Of a DNA stretch of 64,000 bases, positions 24,953-36,976 are shown in pieces (within the stretch, counting starts at the first letter, position 1; each line of letters starts with the position of its first letter). The notes under the pieces were generated by a model. The model was not told the origin of the DNA. It made no database searches and was given only the letters and a program-made list of their open reading frames with translations. This DNA comes from Podarcis cretensis (Eukaryota). The DNA lies in contig OX638150.1 of assembly GCA_951804945.1 (NCBI GenBank), positions 82,088,001-82,152,000 of the forward strand, given 5' to 3'. Position numbers and translations under genes: made by a program.

Positions 24953-25925
24953 AATGAGGCTTACTCCCTAGTATAAGTGTATTATGGACTGCAGAATTAG
25001 AGTAAAACTGTTTGTAAATTTATGGCTGAAATCTGTGACCCAGGATCACGTTCAATTTTAAACATTACCGTACTAGTCTAAAAGCGTCAGTAGCTTGTAA
25101 TGATCCAGTGGAATGAATTGTCAGTTGTACCAGCTGACATGCTATAGGGCAGCTATAATAGTTAACAGCCAGAAATCCTGTTCATAGAGTAACGGTCTAC
25201 TAGCTTGGCTGTCACAAGGCATTTTCCCTTTGACTACATTTTCCATGCATGTTAGCATTTTAAAATCATAAATCCAAACACATGATACAACAGTTGTATG
25301 ACATCCACAGGACTTGAGGCTATATAATGTGCTAATTATCAAGCTGCCAATTAAATATTGCTTCCTAATCCAAACCCCTTTGGAAACAGCACTCTCATTA
25401 ACAATTTCTTAAAACACATGCAAATGCTTTTTTTAAAAAAAAAACAACAGGAGTAAAGGTTAGTGCTCATCCCTTGTTAAGTACTTGCACGCTAGGAATT
25501 AAAATAATTAGATTTAAGTCACGACTCAAAAACATGTATTAGTAAATATTTACACATGGCTGTTAATCAGTAAACCTTACATGCTTGCATAAAAGGCTTT
25601 CATTCCTTAAATCTTATAAATGTTATACTTAACCATCTCTCTAAAGAACTGCTGCTCTGAGGGTAAAGTTTTAAATAAACCTATTGGTGAACATGTAGAA
25701 GAAGAAAAATTAAACAGGGAATGAAAACAAACATTTTAAAAAATTAAAGCAACCAATTAAAAACATTTTACCACAACAATTCTCAATTCCAACAAAGAAT
25801 CTTGACACAACTTAAATGCCAGCTAATTTATTACAGCATATGTTGCAGTGGACAAGAGTCCATTTCATCAGACAAGACTTCTTGCTGTTTTGCTGCAGCA
25901 GACTAACACAGCTACCCCTCTGGGG

Positions 25926-25995
25926 TATAGATACAGATATAATATAGATACAGATATAAATGTATAGATATAGAAATATAGATATGTAGATATAT
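25926..25995. repeat. Degenerate (TATAGA)n low-complexity repeat
   Basis: Direct reading. Confidence 0.75.
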
Positions 25996-27554
25996 TTGTG
26001 GTAGGGGACTTCAATAATTGTTAGCATTTTAAAAATATTTTAAAGCAGGTTTAAAATTATATTTATAAAATATAATAACTGTAAATTGAGCTACCTATCC
26101 ACTGGAGGGGGAGATGTTAAATGTGCTTAGGATTGCAACCTTGGTTACCAGGAAGCAAGTCCGGTTAAATTTGGCAAGATGGACAACACAGTTCTTGCCA
26201 CGTCTACTCAAAAGTACTGAATTCAACAGGGCTTACTTACAGGTATGTGGGAGTATGACAGCAGCTTTAGGATTAGATTGCAAAATACCAATATTGCAAA
26301 TACACTAAGCAATAGTGTTCTGCAAGTACCACTAATTTTCATAAGACTTCTGCAAAAGGCTTCAAGCAGATTTCAAAATGAACTAAGGTGTTGCAGAAGA
26401 CGTAGTAGAGCACATCCTCTACCTTTCAGCTTCCATCAGTAACTGGAATTCAGTTTACAAGCCGAGCTATGCTCCAATATCTGAAATTCAACACATTCCA
26501 TGTAAAAAAAAAACAATTCCTGTTGAAACTAGAGATTTTCAGCTATTGGCCAATGTGCGAAATAACTTGTTCCCTATACATTTGCAAACAGCACTCCCAA
26601 TACAGACAACACGTTTTGGAAAAGGAATGCAAACACAGTGGATTCTATGGAAATACATTCATACGTAACTTCCTTCTTGCAATTTCTTAAAAAATAAAAT
26701 ATTCCTCCGAAACTACAATAACCATTTGTTCTTTCCCCCTTTGAAAAAAAAAATCAAACCTCTCTTCTTTCAATCGTCAAATTCTATTAGTTCTGGTCAA
26801 ACTGCTTGGATTAACACAAAACAAACAGAGCTGCAATACAAAAGATGCCTACTCAGCATGGACAGTTGATTAAGCAAAAACGCACCAAGTGCCAGCGGGT
26901 GAGGTGGAATTATGCAAAGGCAAATATGACCAAAAGGAGTAGAAAGGCGTAACAACGTGAAAGCATAAAACAACCAATTTCGGCTTTTACCAAGAAGAGA
27001 CCTTTGGAAACATGCACCACAATCTTGATGGAGGTTGTGAACCCATGTTAAGAAAGTCACTTATTCCAGATGTTGGCAAAGGAGGCAGTAGTCAAGAGAC
27101 TACCTTGACTTGCTGCACTGAAAAGGACCTGCAAAAACCAATGTGATTGCTCAGGTTGAGCATGCAGGGCCAGCTGGGTAGGACAGCCAGCAGCCTACAG
27201 CCACCAATCACCAGGTCTGTGAACTCAGGGCTTGTGCTAAAAGCAGGGCTGCTTCAGGAAGTTGCTATCACTATGCAACATGGCACAGATGCCATCTAGC
27301 TCTATTTCTCCTTGTCATCTGAATCCTTGACCAGTGCCCAGATGCATGGGAGGTATCTAATGAAACCAGTGGGGCAACATAAGGAACTTACAGATGAGCT
27401 GAGATGTAAGAAGGGAATGAATAAGAAATGGAAGAAATGGGAAATCCCAAAGGAAGAGTATACATGAGTTACCAGCAGTTGAAGGAAAAAGGTCAGTTGG
27501 GCCAAATCTTAGACTTGCGAGAGAGGTTAAAAATAATAAAAAAGGTCAGGAGTC

Positions 27555-28200
27555 AACAGCAAATAAAGCTAATGCTATTCTAGGCTGCGTCAGCAGAAGT
27601 ACAGTGTTTCCAATCAAGGAAAGTAATAAAAAGGTAAAGGTAAAGGTACCCCTGCCCGTAAAGGAAAGTAATAGTCATACTCTATTCCATTTTGGTCAGA
27701 CCACACCTGGACTTGTGTCCAGTTCTGGGCACCACACTTTAAGAAGGATGTTGACAAGCTGGAACATGTGCAGAGGAAGGCAACCAAGATGATCAAGGGT
27801 TTGGAAACCAAGTCTTATGAGGAACAGATTAAGGAGCTGGGTACGTTTAACCTGGAGAAGACGAGACTGAGAGGAGATATGATAGCCATCTTCAAATATC
27901 TAAAGAGCTGTCACACGGAAGATGGAGCAAGCTTGTTTTCTCCTGCTCTGAAGGATAGGATTTGAACCAATGAATTGAAGTTACAAAAAACAAAGAGAGA
28001 GAGACTCAGGAAGAACTTTGACAGTAAGAGCTGTTTGACAGTGGAATGGTTTCCCTTGGGAGGTTGTGGGCTCTCCTTCGCTGGAGGTTTTTAAGCAAAG
28101 GTTGGGTGGCCATCTGTCATGTATATATAGTTGGGATTCCTGCGTTGCAGGGGGTTGGACTAGAAGACCCTTGGGGTCACTTCCAACTCTAATTCTATGA
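27555..28200 (+). mobile_element. CR1 LINE 3' fragment (ORF2 C-terminus plus 3'UTR), interrupted by a 32-bp SINE-tail insertion
   Basis: QRKATKMIKGLETKSYEEQIKELGTFNLEKTRLRGDMIAIFKYLK peptide; ends in CR1-type ATTCTATG. Confidence 0.92.
27629..27660 (-). mobile_element. 32-bp Sauria SINE/RTE-type 3' tail insertion
   Basis: (AAAGGT)3-ACCCCTG motif flanked by exact 13-bp TSD AAGGAAAGTAATA (27616-27628, 27661-27673). Confidence 0.8.
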
Positions 28201-29573
28201 GGACCAGTAAGTAGATACTGAATCCAGACAAGAGGGAGGTCCTATAGATTAGTAGATTGCTTTCTCTGGAATTAGGTAGACAGCCTGTTCTGGGTGCAGT
28301 CACAGTCCCCTTGAAAAGGCAATTACATAGTCTGAGCATGCACTCATTCATCATTGCCACTCAAGGAAGATAAGTGTCTTCATGGACAAAGGCTGCCTCC
28401 TTCTTCTAGCTCTGGATTGTTTGTCACCATCACCATCACCTACTTCTACCTCTGGCTCCTCCCACAACTGGCATGTTACCCGCCCCCTGGTGGTCATGAG
28501 ACCCTTTTAAGACTACTAGATGGCTCAGTCTGGACACAATAGGGAAAGAGGACTAAAAGACTACCCAAGCGTCCTCAGGCACTTTTCTGTTAGTGCAAAC
28601 AAAGAAGTGGGTAGGGCATATCAACTGGAGACTTGCAGAGCCCCATAACATGATTCATCATAGGCCTGTTCATGCATTTACTTCTGGCCATTTTCTGCTC
28701 CCAAGGAGTGGCAAGAACAGATATCCGTCTATTCATTCTACATCTATTCATTCTAGTATCAGGCCCCAGGGATAACAAAGGAGGAATTAGATCTTGCCGA
28801 ACTCAGTACTGAGTCTCTGCTCCCTGCTATTTACTAAAGAGACTGTTCAAATAAATATTGATCCTGTATTTGAATGTACTGTACAATCGCATTGTTCCCA
28901 TCTCTTAATTTCCCAGTCACTAGGCTTTGCATCCCCACAGTCTCCTTCAGACAGAACTCCAACTGACCTCAAAAAATAAAACAGGAACCACCTTGATGTT
29001 GTAAAATGGTAAATATAGCTATTGCAACACCACACCGAGAATAAGAAAGGCAACTTCCTTCTAAGGGTTCTGCTTTATGGTTAGGTACTTTCTTCCCCTG
29101 CCACCAGAACCTGCTTCATTTTCCCCCCACTCATTCCATATCCTTCCTCAGAAATAGTTTTGCCTTAACAAATTACTTTATTACAAGAGTTGTAGCAATT
29201 TGTGACAGAGTCACATTTTAATGCGCATAAAAATTAGCATAGGCTTTGAAAGTACAGAAGAGCTGAGACCAAGGCTGAGGAATGCTATTTGCCCTCAACT
29301 AGAGGAACACTCAAAGTCTGGTGAATCCAAACTGCCTCTCTATCCATTTACAAGCTCTTCAGTTGATTGCTAAAGAATGCATTACACACACACACACACA
29401 CACATTCATATTCCTATTTGGGAAGTCTGAAGCTGAATTAAAAAGAAATAGAGATTGCAGCATGAGGCTGCATTGCCTGCTCTGGAGAGTCATGGCATTG
29501 ACAGAATTAATTGGCTGCTCTGGATCCAGATTTGTTGCTTGAAGCTCAGCTGGAAATGGTGGCTAGTTATAAA

Positions 29574-30394
29574 TGGTTTTTGCGTGCCCAGGCAAAGTCC
29601 CCCCGCTACCCCTCTGGGAACCAGACCTCAGGATCAAGCAGGAGACACAACATCTTTAGGGATTAAAATGGCCACAACTTTATTGAATTTCACATGTAGG
29701 AAACCTTGGCATAGGCACTGGGCGAATATCCCTCTCAGCCCCCCTGCAAGTCACGGCAAGTCACGGTCGAACGGGAATATGGGGCCACTGCAAAATGTGT
29801 GTTTACACAACTGGCTCTCTCCAATGTCGCTGGGGGGAGTTCTATGGCCCACTTGTTGTGCCCTTGTGGACAGAGATTCCCCTCAAGACCCCTCTAATGG
29901 GGTATCCTGGTGTCACTGCCGCAGAAGGGGTAAGTCACCCCTTTACCCCTCTTTCAGTTGTTAAGACTAAAGGATTCTGCCCAATGCCTAAAATCGCCAA
30001 AGTTGTGACAACTGCTATGGAGTAGCCAAAACCTGTAGAGCAGGGGAAATTCTTTCCCAGCAGTGAGAAAACAGCAGCCACTGTACAACCATATCAACGC
30101 CAGAGAACCTAGAAAGGAGAAAGGTTAGCCTGTAAGAAAAAACAAGATTAGAGGTCAGCTCTGGCCCCTTTTTATGCTTCTGGAGCGGACCAGACTGAAG
30201 CCTGCTCCAACTCAGTCTGCTGCTCTTGCCCCACCCCCAGGCCGCCACGAATAGGCCGGAATTTGAATCTGGGTTTGGTGGGAACCCATCAGGCACTGCA
30301 GCAGCCAGGAGGGCAGAGCAACCACCCACGGAACAGCATGGCTTCAGGAGGATAGTAAAGCCGCGCACCGAGTTGCTAACACCACCCACAACCA
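29574..30394 (-). mobile_element. LTR-like element in TKT intron 1
   Basis: GC-richer block with TGGTT...AACCA inverted termini, flanking TATAAA repeats, minus-strand CATAAAAAGGGG (~30176-30165) and AATAAA (29684-29679); class and boundaries uncertain. Confidence 0.45.
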
Positions 30395-33300
30395 ATATAA
30401 AGTCATTTTGAGCTCCATCTGGGAGAATAAGGTTTTTGCCACCTTCTACATGACTTGGTGAACTTTAGGATCAAGCAGAACACGCTCCTTTCAAGGCAAA
30501 TCAGCACGATGATTAGAACTAATAACAGTTTTAAAATACACATGCATTTAAATTCTTGCTGTTGTTACTTCTCTTACAAAGGGACTCGTTATAAGGCTGT
30601 TCACTGTTTGTTCCGAACTCCTCTAACACTGTGAGCTGCCCTGAACACAGCTACAGAGGAAGCATCTAGTAAGAGTTAGGCTATGAAGAAGAACTATCCT
30701 GCGAGCAGAATAGAGCACCCATGAAGATGCTACAACTGAAGTCACATGTGCACTTTCATTTTCCCCAGCTTTTCTGCCTCTATGGTGCACCAAGGCATCA
30801 GCCATACCTATGGTGTGTCAATTCAGACAATCATGGAATTACAGATTGTACAAGCAAAGTCACTTCATATCATGTTACTGGTTGTAATTTTCAGTTCCAT
30901 TACAAATCATGGTTTTTCAGGTCTGATGTAACATTGAAGCAACGTTAAGGTTGAACTATGGTGCGATGGTTTGAATTAATTCAAATTCAAAATGGGTCCA
31001 TCACTTTTCTTTTGTTGCAGCTTTGTTGCCCAACACAAGGTGGAAGGGTTTACATTTATATATATATGTATTATGATTCCTAGTCCATCAGATGGACCTC
31101 AGAACAGAATGTGTGGTTGTCAGAATTTAGCATTCCATTTAAATGAGATTCAGTGCAGGAATGCCTCCAACGATGGCATTTTCATGCACCTTACAAAATT
31201 CAGTGAGATCACTACAGACAAAAGGAATTTAAAATGTGGGCAGATGTTTCAACCTTACAGAAAACTTTTGCTTCTAAAAATTAAATTTTAAAATGTGACA
31301 ATGTGAACCTTAAATAATATAGCACACACAAGCAACAGAGAGAGAAAAATTAAATCCTCAGCTGAAACAAAGTAAATATATTGTAAAGAGATTTTAGAAA
31401 ATCAGTGTTTGTCAATAAAACATTAAATAAACCTGTTTGATGTGGGGAAATAGCTTGATTTTCACATCAAATGACAATGGATTTTTCCCATCACAGAGTA
31501 CAAGCAAAACTAGACTAACTCTGGAATCTGCAGACAGAGCCTAAAATAACCTCTATTCTAAAGCCTGAATAAACTGCCCATATGAGACTTCAGGCATTTG
31601 AAAAATATTCCCACTTTGGCGAACTTGAAATTTTGCCAATAATTAGTTACGACTGTTGGGTACAAAAGAAATAACTTGGCCGAAAGCATAAATTGTTTTT
31701 CTTCCAACTGTGTGTCAAGAGAGCATTCCTGAGTTCCCTTTCTGTCATATCATACGCATGAAGAACCTTATATCCCAATTCATCTGTGTCAAAAATACAC
31801 TGTCAATATTATACTCTCATGCTTTCTGGACGCTCTGATTTTAGCTGCTCACTTTAGCTGCACATGATTAAAGCAGACAGCATTATGGTAGAAGGGCTGA
31901 TTCTGCACACTATCCACACTGAGCCAAACATTTGGACACACACACACTACATGCATAAACAAACTGTATGAGTATAATCAGAAAAGCCCCTATACAGTAT
32001 TTAAGAGCAATTAACTCCGTTCTCTTTCTAAAAAATAAGCTTTTGAACCAATCTATATGATGTAAAAAGGGTTGTTATGCAATGAGCCCTTTATCAAAAC
32101 ACATAAAACACAAAAATATTTCATCAACACAAACATCCAGTGTTCAATGTTTTATCATTCTTATTCATTTTTCACAGCCACAGGTGAGGTAATAATTTTC
32201 ACACCCAAGTGTATTTGCAGATAACTGCTGCATATATAGTTCTGATCTTTATCTTCCAGGGACAATTATTACATCCAGAACAATCCTAACATTGGTCTAT
32301 TCAAAAGTTGCCCCATTGAGTTTAATGGGACTTACTCCCAGATAAATGTCTATTGGGCTGCAGGCACCAGCTGAAAATGGGTTTGTTCAGCTCCTTGGAA
32401 CGTACACAAATCCCAAATTCAATCCAGCTACAGATGCAGCAAATAAGCTATCTAATTCTATTTGCACCTTCGCTATATCTGCAACCTTCTAAAGTGATTT
32501 GTAATGGCTACATCTTCTATCCAAAGAAAATCCTCCATTAAATTGTATGGCTGTTGAAAGCTTTAGGTTGCCAAACCAGGTTTGCTTATTACATGAGTTG
32601 TGAAACATAACTGACACCTAAAGATTGCTTTAAACCTGCATTTCGAAACCTAATGGAAGCTCTGAACCCATTTTGCAACTCAAAATTCAAGGTTTCCCAG
32701 TAAGAACAAAGATCTTCAGCTCTATGTTTTATTTATCATTATTGCTTTTTAAGAAAAGAGGGGGGGAAACAGGTGGTATGCAAATAGGTATAATGTTTAA
32801 GATATCGCTAGCCCATTTGGGCAAAGCTGTGAAATCAATTATTGCTCCAAGAGGAACACCCTACTGAACTCAAATACAGTGTTTAGGTAACAGTGTACGC
32901 ACATTGTGGCTTGATGACCAATGGATAACTCAATGGATTTCAACAGTCAGATCTCTGCAGAAATCCCCTGAACTGCACACACACGCAACAGTAAGTGGCA
33001 AGATTTGGACCAGATTTCATCCAGAGGCACAGAAGTCCACACAAACAGGGGGTAGTGTCAAGGCTGTTCGACATATTAGTAGCCTTGTTCTAGAATCATT
33101 TGTAGCAGGACCAGGGAAGGAAAGCACAACTACTGTATCTTCTTGGGCTACACAGTACTAAAGAGACACTTAAGTAGGGGCTACCTTTTGCTAGCTAGGA
33201 TTATTAAGAGTGAAGGGACAAGACGAGAACGTATCCATCTTATGGGGTGAAATGCCAATAATGGTATGATCTGCTTAAGGAGATAGCAAGTGCATTTTCC

Positions 33301-33961
33301 TACCTTCAGGCAGTTGGATAATGCTTTGATATGTTGTGGGTGGGAACAAAAAATAGATGTTAAGAGAGTTGACCCCACCTTGCTCAGAAAATGGTAAGGG
33401 TCTGTTCTTAGGAGGATAGCCAGTACCCAAGTAAGATCTACCCTGGGATAAAGGTGGCATGGGACATTTACAGAAGGCACCAACAGAGCAACTTTCTGCC
33501 CCCACCCCACACTGAGGGTGGGAAACGTGGGGCAAGATCAAAGGCGGGCAGGCAGTGCTGAATATGTCAGGCAGACTGCCGCCATCCCTCCGTGAGTTCA
33601 TTTCAGCCAACGCTCAGCTCTGGAGAAAGAGGTCTGCACTCCGGAAGCGGCGTGTATTACAGGGGAAAGGCATGCAAACGGTGCTCGGTTCAACCTTAGC
33701 ATCTCCACTGTAGGGCTGGGAGAACCTCTCTGCCTGGAAACCCCGAGTGCGACTGCCAGTCCGAGTCGCGCAACACAAAGCTAGGGCCAAAGGTCTGACG
33801 GTGTGAGGCAGTTTTCCTTCGTCGTGCTAGGCTGCCTTGATCCCTCATCTGCGAGATCTAGGGCCTTCCAAGAGAGAAGGCGTGACTGGCCGGCAGGTGT
33901 GTGAGCCCCGGCACTTCTGCCTGAGTCGAGCCCAGCTCCCTCCCTCTCCCCCTTGGCTCAC

Positions 33962-34068
33962 CCGGAGCCAGCCGCGGTGGTGGCCTTGATGGAGTTGATG
34001 CGCAGCCGATTGGCCGTGTCCTTCAGGGCCTGCAGCGTCTGCTGGTCGGGCTTGTGATAATCCTCCAT
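33962..34068 (-). CDS. TKT: Transketolase coding exon 1 ([36 protein letters not shown])
   Basis: ATG at 34068 in gccATGG Kozak context inside CpG island; 107 nt then GTGAG donor; peptide matches vertebrate TKT N-terminus. Confidence 0.97.
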
Positions 34069-34514
34069 GGCGAAGCAGGAACGTGGCCGGCGGCGGGCTC
34101 GGGTTGCAGGCGGCGGCGGCAGGAGCTGGAGCTGGAGCGTGTGGCGCTGGACAGGCCCGGGCTCGGCGACTGAAGCAGGGGAGGCGGAGCTGCTCGGCCG
34201 GGCGAGGAGGGGCCAGGCGTCGGGGCCACCTCTGCCAGCGGCGCGCGGGCGGAGTCCTGCCTGCCTGCCTGCCTGGGCGAAAAGCCCCCGCCTCCCCAGC
34301 AGCGCACTGCCTGCGGACTGAGCTCTCCCGCCCGGCTGCGAAGGCCAGCCGCTCCCCTCCCGAGGAAGAGAGGCGCGGCTGAGGCGCAGAAAACAGCCGC
34401 GTCCTCTTCCCTCTCGCTCCGCGCGTAACGGGAGCAGGGCGCGGCTCAGCGCCATTTGCGCAGCGGCGAAGGGAAGGGGGAAAGCCCAGGGTGCAACTCA
34501 GCCCGCGTAGGGCG

Positions 34515-34656
34515 CAGGGCTTCCTTTCTAACTGGCCCTCCAGGTGCTGTTGGACTCCGGCTCCCATCACCCTCAGCCAGCACGGCCAATGGTGAGGGAT
34601 GCTGGGAAATGGAGTCCAAGAACACCTGGCGGCCCCGCAGGTTTCCCCCAGCCCCG
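34515..34656. mobile_element. Short hAT MITE embedded in the TKT promoter CpG island
   Basis: ggccctccaggtgctgttggact...ctcccatca...gggatgctgggaaatggagtccaagaacacctgg matches the MITE family at 15125 and 63138. Confidence 0.7.
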
Positions 34657-35004
34657 CCTTGTAATGTGCTTGCGGTGTTGCTTGGCTTTAAAGCGGAGCA
34701 AACTAGTCGGTTGGGCGGGGGGGGGGGGACGCTCAAAAATTGAGAGACACTCTGTGCTATTTTTATTGAAAAAGAGGCGCTGGAAGTCACCAGGAACGCC
34801 TCCCAAGTTCTCTTAGAATGGCAATGAGGTCCACTTTTCCGAATGAAAAAGGCGCTGGGAAGAATGTTCTGCACCTCCTCCATTGAAGACTTTAGGTGTA
34901 AAATGAACCATATTTCTTAAATACAATTAGCCTCCACTGTGCCTCAGTTTTCCCAATGGAAACACTGGGTGAGCGCCTGGAAACCCCTGGAATCCTGCTT
35001 GGGG

Positions 35005-35470
35005 GTTCCAAAGTTGGGAGAAGTCGCTGAGATTGCCCTCTCTTGTGTCCCTACCAAGCGTGCCTGTGAGGGTGGCAGGACTGAGAAAAGGGCCTCCTCT
35101 GAAGATCTCAGAACATAGGAGGAATATGGTCTTTCAGATAGCTTGGAGCCACAGAGCATTATAACTAGCACTTTGACTTATGCCCCGAAACAGTCCAGTG
35201 GAGCGGTTAATGCTCCCTATAACCAGACCCGGTCAACAATCTGGCTGCAGGTCTTTGGACCAGTTGAAGTTTCTGAGCACTTTTCAAAGGCAGCCCCATG
35301 TAGAGCATGTTATAGTGATCCAAATGGGATGTAGCTAAGCTGCGTGTGTCACACTGGTCAAATACATCTCAAGGAACGAATGCAGCTGGTGCACTAGCCT
35401 TAACTGTGCAAATGCACTCCTAGCCACCGTAGACATGGGCATCCATGCTCAGGGATTGTTCCGGGACCCC
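35005..35470 (-). mobile_element. Degenerate L2 LINE fragment just upstream of the TKT promoter
   Basis: Minus strand reads ...LYMGLPLKSAQKLQLVQ..AARLLT..., homologous to 59505-60045. Confidence 0.75.
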
Positions 35471-35703
35471 GTGCACATAAGTGGAATCGCATAAAGTGGA
35501 GCACCCTCTATATGCCTATTTCCCCCTGCTCTTCAGCTCTATCTCACGCTCTCTCTCCACTCCAGACCAAATTAAGAGTTTGGAGTTGAAGCTCTGGGGC
35601 TGCCTGAAGGCCCCGTGGAAAAGCGGCAGCTGCTGCTGCTGTGCTACCCCGTGCATCAGCTGTTCGGTGGGGAGCCTGAGCGGCTTAAACAAAGCCACAC
35701 TAA

Positions 35704-35924
35704 AATAGAAACACCGCTACCCCACCCCACCCCCATCCATCTCCCCTCCTTCCACCCTCCTTTCTTCTTTTTTTTTTCTTTTCTTTTTTCTTCTCCCCCT
35801 AATGCCTCAACAAATGAAATGGATTTGTAAAAATGTTACACGGGAAAAAAAAAATACGAGGCATTACACTTACACTGTAAAACAAGAAAACCCTTAATAA
35901 AATATATTAAAAAACAAAAAAAAC
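35704..35924 (+). mobile_element. L1-type retroposed 3' fragment with poly(A) tail
   Basis: AATAAA at 35896-35901, A-rich tail, TSD CAAAGCCACACTAA at 35690-35703 and 35925-35938, TT/AAAC target. Confidence 0.75.
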
Positions 35925-36012
35925 CAAAGCCACACTAAGCCTCTTTGGGACTTCTTCTGCCCTCACTGACATCCTCTTTAGGCTCCAGGGATGGTATGGT
36001 TCCATTTACTTA

Positions 36013-36360
36013 CCGTATTGGCCTGAATATAACCCTCTTTCCCCCCAAATTCTGACCATGAAAAGTTAAAGTGTGGCTTATGTTTGTGACCTTATGGTAT
36101 GCAGCCAGGAGCGTGGGGCAAACATGACCAGGAGCGTGGCAAAACAGTGCCCGCCCGTGCGTAGTCCCCCGTCCTCTCCCCCAAGGTCAGGAAGGGAGAG
36201 AGTGAGGAAGGGGAAGGGCCACCGGCAACACAACATGGCTGCCACCCCCCCAGCATGCACCCAGGAGCAGCGAAGAATGGAGCGGCTTATGTTCGGGTAT
36301 TTTTCCTTTCCCCCCCCCCTCCAATTTTAAAGGTGTGGCTTTATATTCAGGCCAGTATGC
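36013..36360. mobile_element. Tc1/mariner-type MITE
   Basis: TIR CCGTATTGGCCTGAATATAA / TTATATTCAGGCCAGTATGC with TA on both sides. Confidence 0.8.
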
Positions 36361-36683
36361 TATTTCTCAGCACTGTGCATATGTGCGGTCATGTACAAGT
36401 ATAACACACGTAAGTAGGGGGATGCTTGTATTCAGGTTACATCTTCATCAACTTGAATGAAACAGTTAATTTCAGAAGACATCCTGGCTTTTTAAAGATG
36501 CTGAGCCTGTCAGGTGAATGTCTTACACCATCTCCAATGATGTGTTCTCCTTAGCTTCTTCCCCCAATTTCATAATTGTATATTCCCTGGGTAAGTGTGG
36601 CATCAGATGTTCGTATAGCATATGTTAAAGGTTTATATTAAAGTGTTAAAGCAAAAGAAAAGGAACACAGATGCAAGAATCTA

Positions 36684-36797
36684 GGGTTGCATTCAATGTT
36701 AGTCCACATACAGTACCTCCATTGAAGTTAATGGGCACGACTAACTCAGATCCATTAATTTCAATGGGTCTACTCAATGTTAGTTGGCTACAATCCC
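36684..36797. mobile_element. Short palindromic MITE (GGGTTG...CAATCCC); related copies ~7075-7190 and ~38650-38755
   Basis: Inverted ccattgaagttaatgg / ccattaatttcaatgg core. Confidence 0.6.
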
Positions 36798-36970
36798 AAG
36801 AGTCACATTTTTGTGTTAAAGTACAGATACGTCTGGTTTTTGAAGACGGTACCCAATTATCAAACCTTCATAAAAGCTTTCAACAGCTCTCCTAAGCTGG
36901 ACTCCCTTTTCAAAAGGTGAACTGCCACCAAGAAGATATCAGGACAGACCAGAACATTTGCCTTTGAAGT

Positions 36971-36976
36971 TTTATT
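36971..36976 (-). terminator. Polyadenylation signal AATAAA (distal DCP1A site)
   Basis: AATAAA with upstream TGTA elements (36976-36979, 36998-37001) and downstream GT/T-rich tract (tgttctggtctgtcc). Confidence 0.65.

Larger units (their letters stand above)
33540..34870. promoter_or_regulatory. TKT: CpG island / TKT promoter (GC boxes, CCAAT at 34586-34590, YY1-like CGCCATTT at 34450-34457, Inr-like TTCAGTC at 34168-34174 on minus strand)
   Basis: Sharp rise in GC and CpG around exon 1 against a CpG-poor background; motifs read directly; boundaries approximate. Confidence 0.85.

Noticed and set aside
29455-30411. ORFs of 169 and 126 aa
   Set aside because: No gag, pol or env motifs; they lie in an LTR-like non-coding block
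588-34068. TKTL1, TKTL2 or pseudogene identity
   Set aside because: Exon 3 present, introns retained, catalytic residues and frame intact, MEDYHKPD N-terminus and DCP1A neighbour indicate canonical TKT
33845-34883. Many long overlapping ORFs (up to 241 aa) on both strands
   Set aside because: Expected in a GC-rich CpG island; Ala/Arg/Pro/Gly-rich with no recognisable domain; only the TKT exon 1 frame is supported
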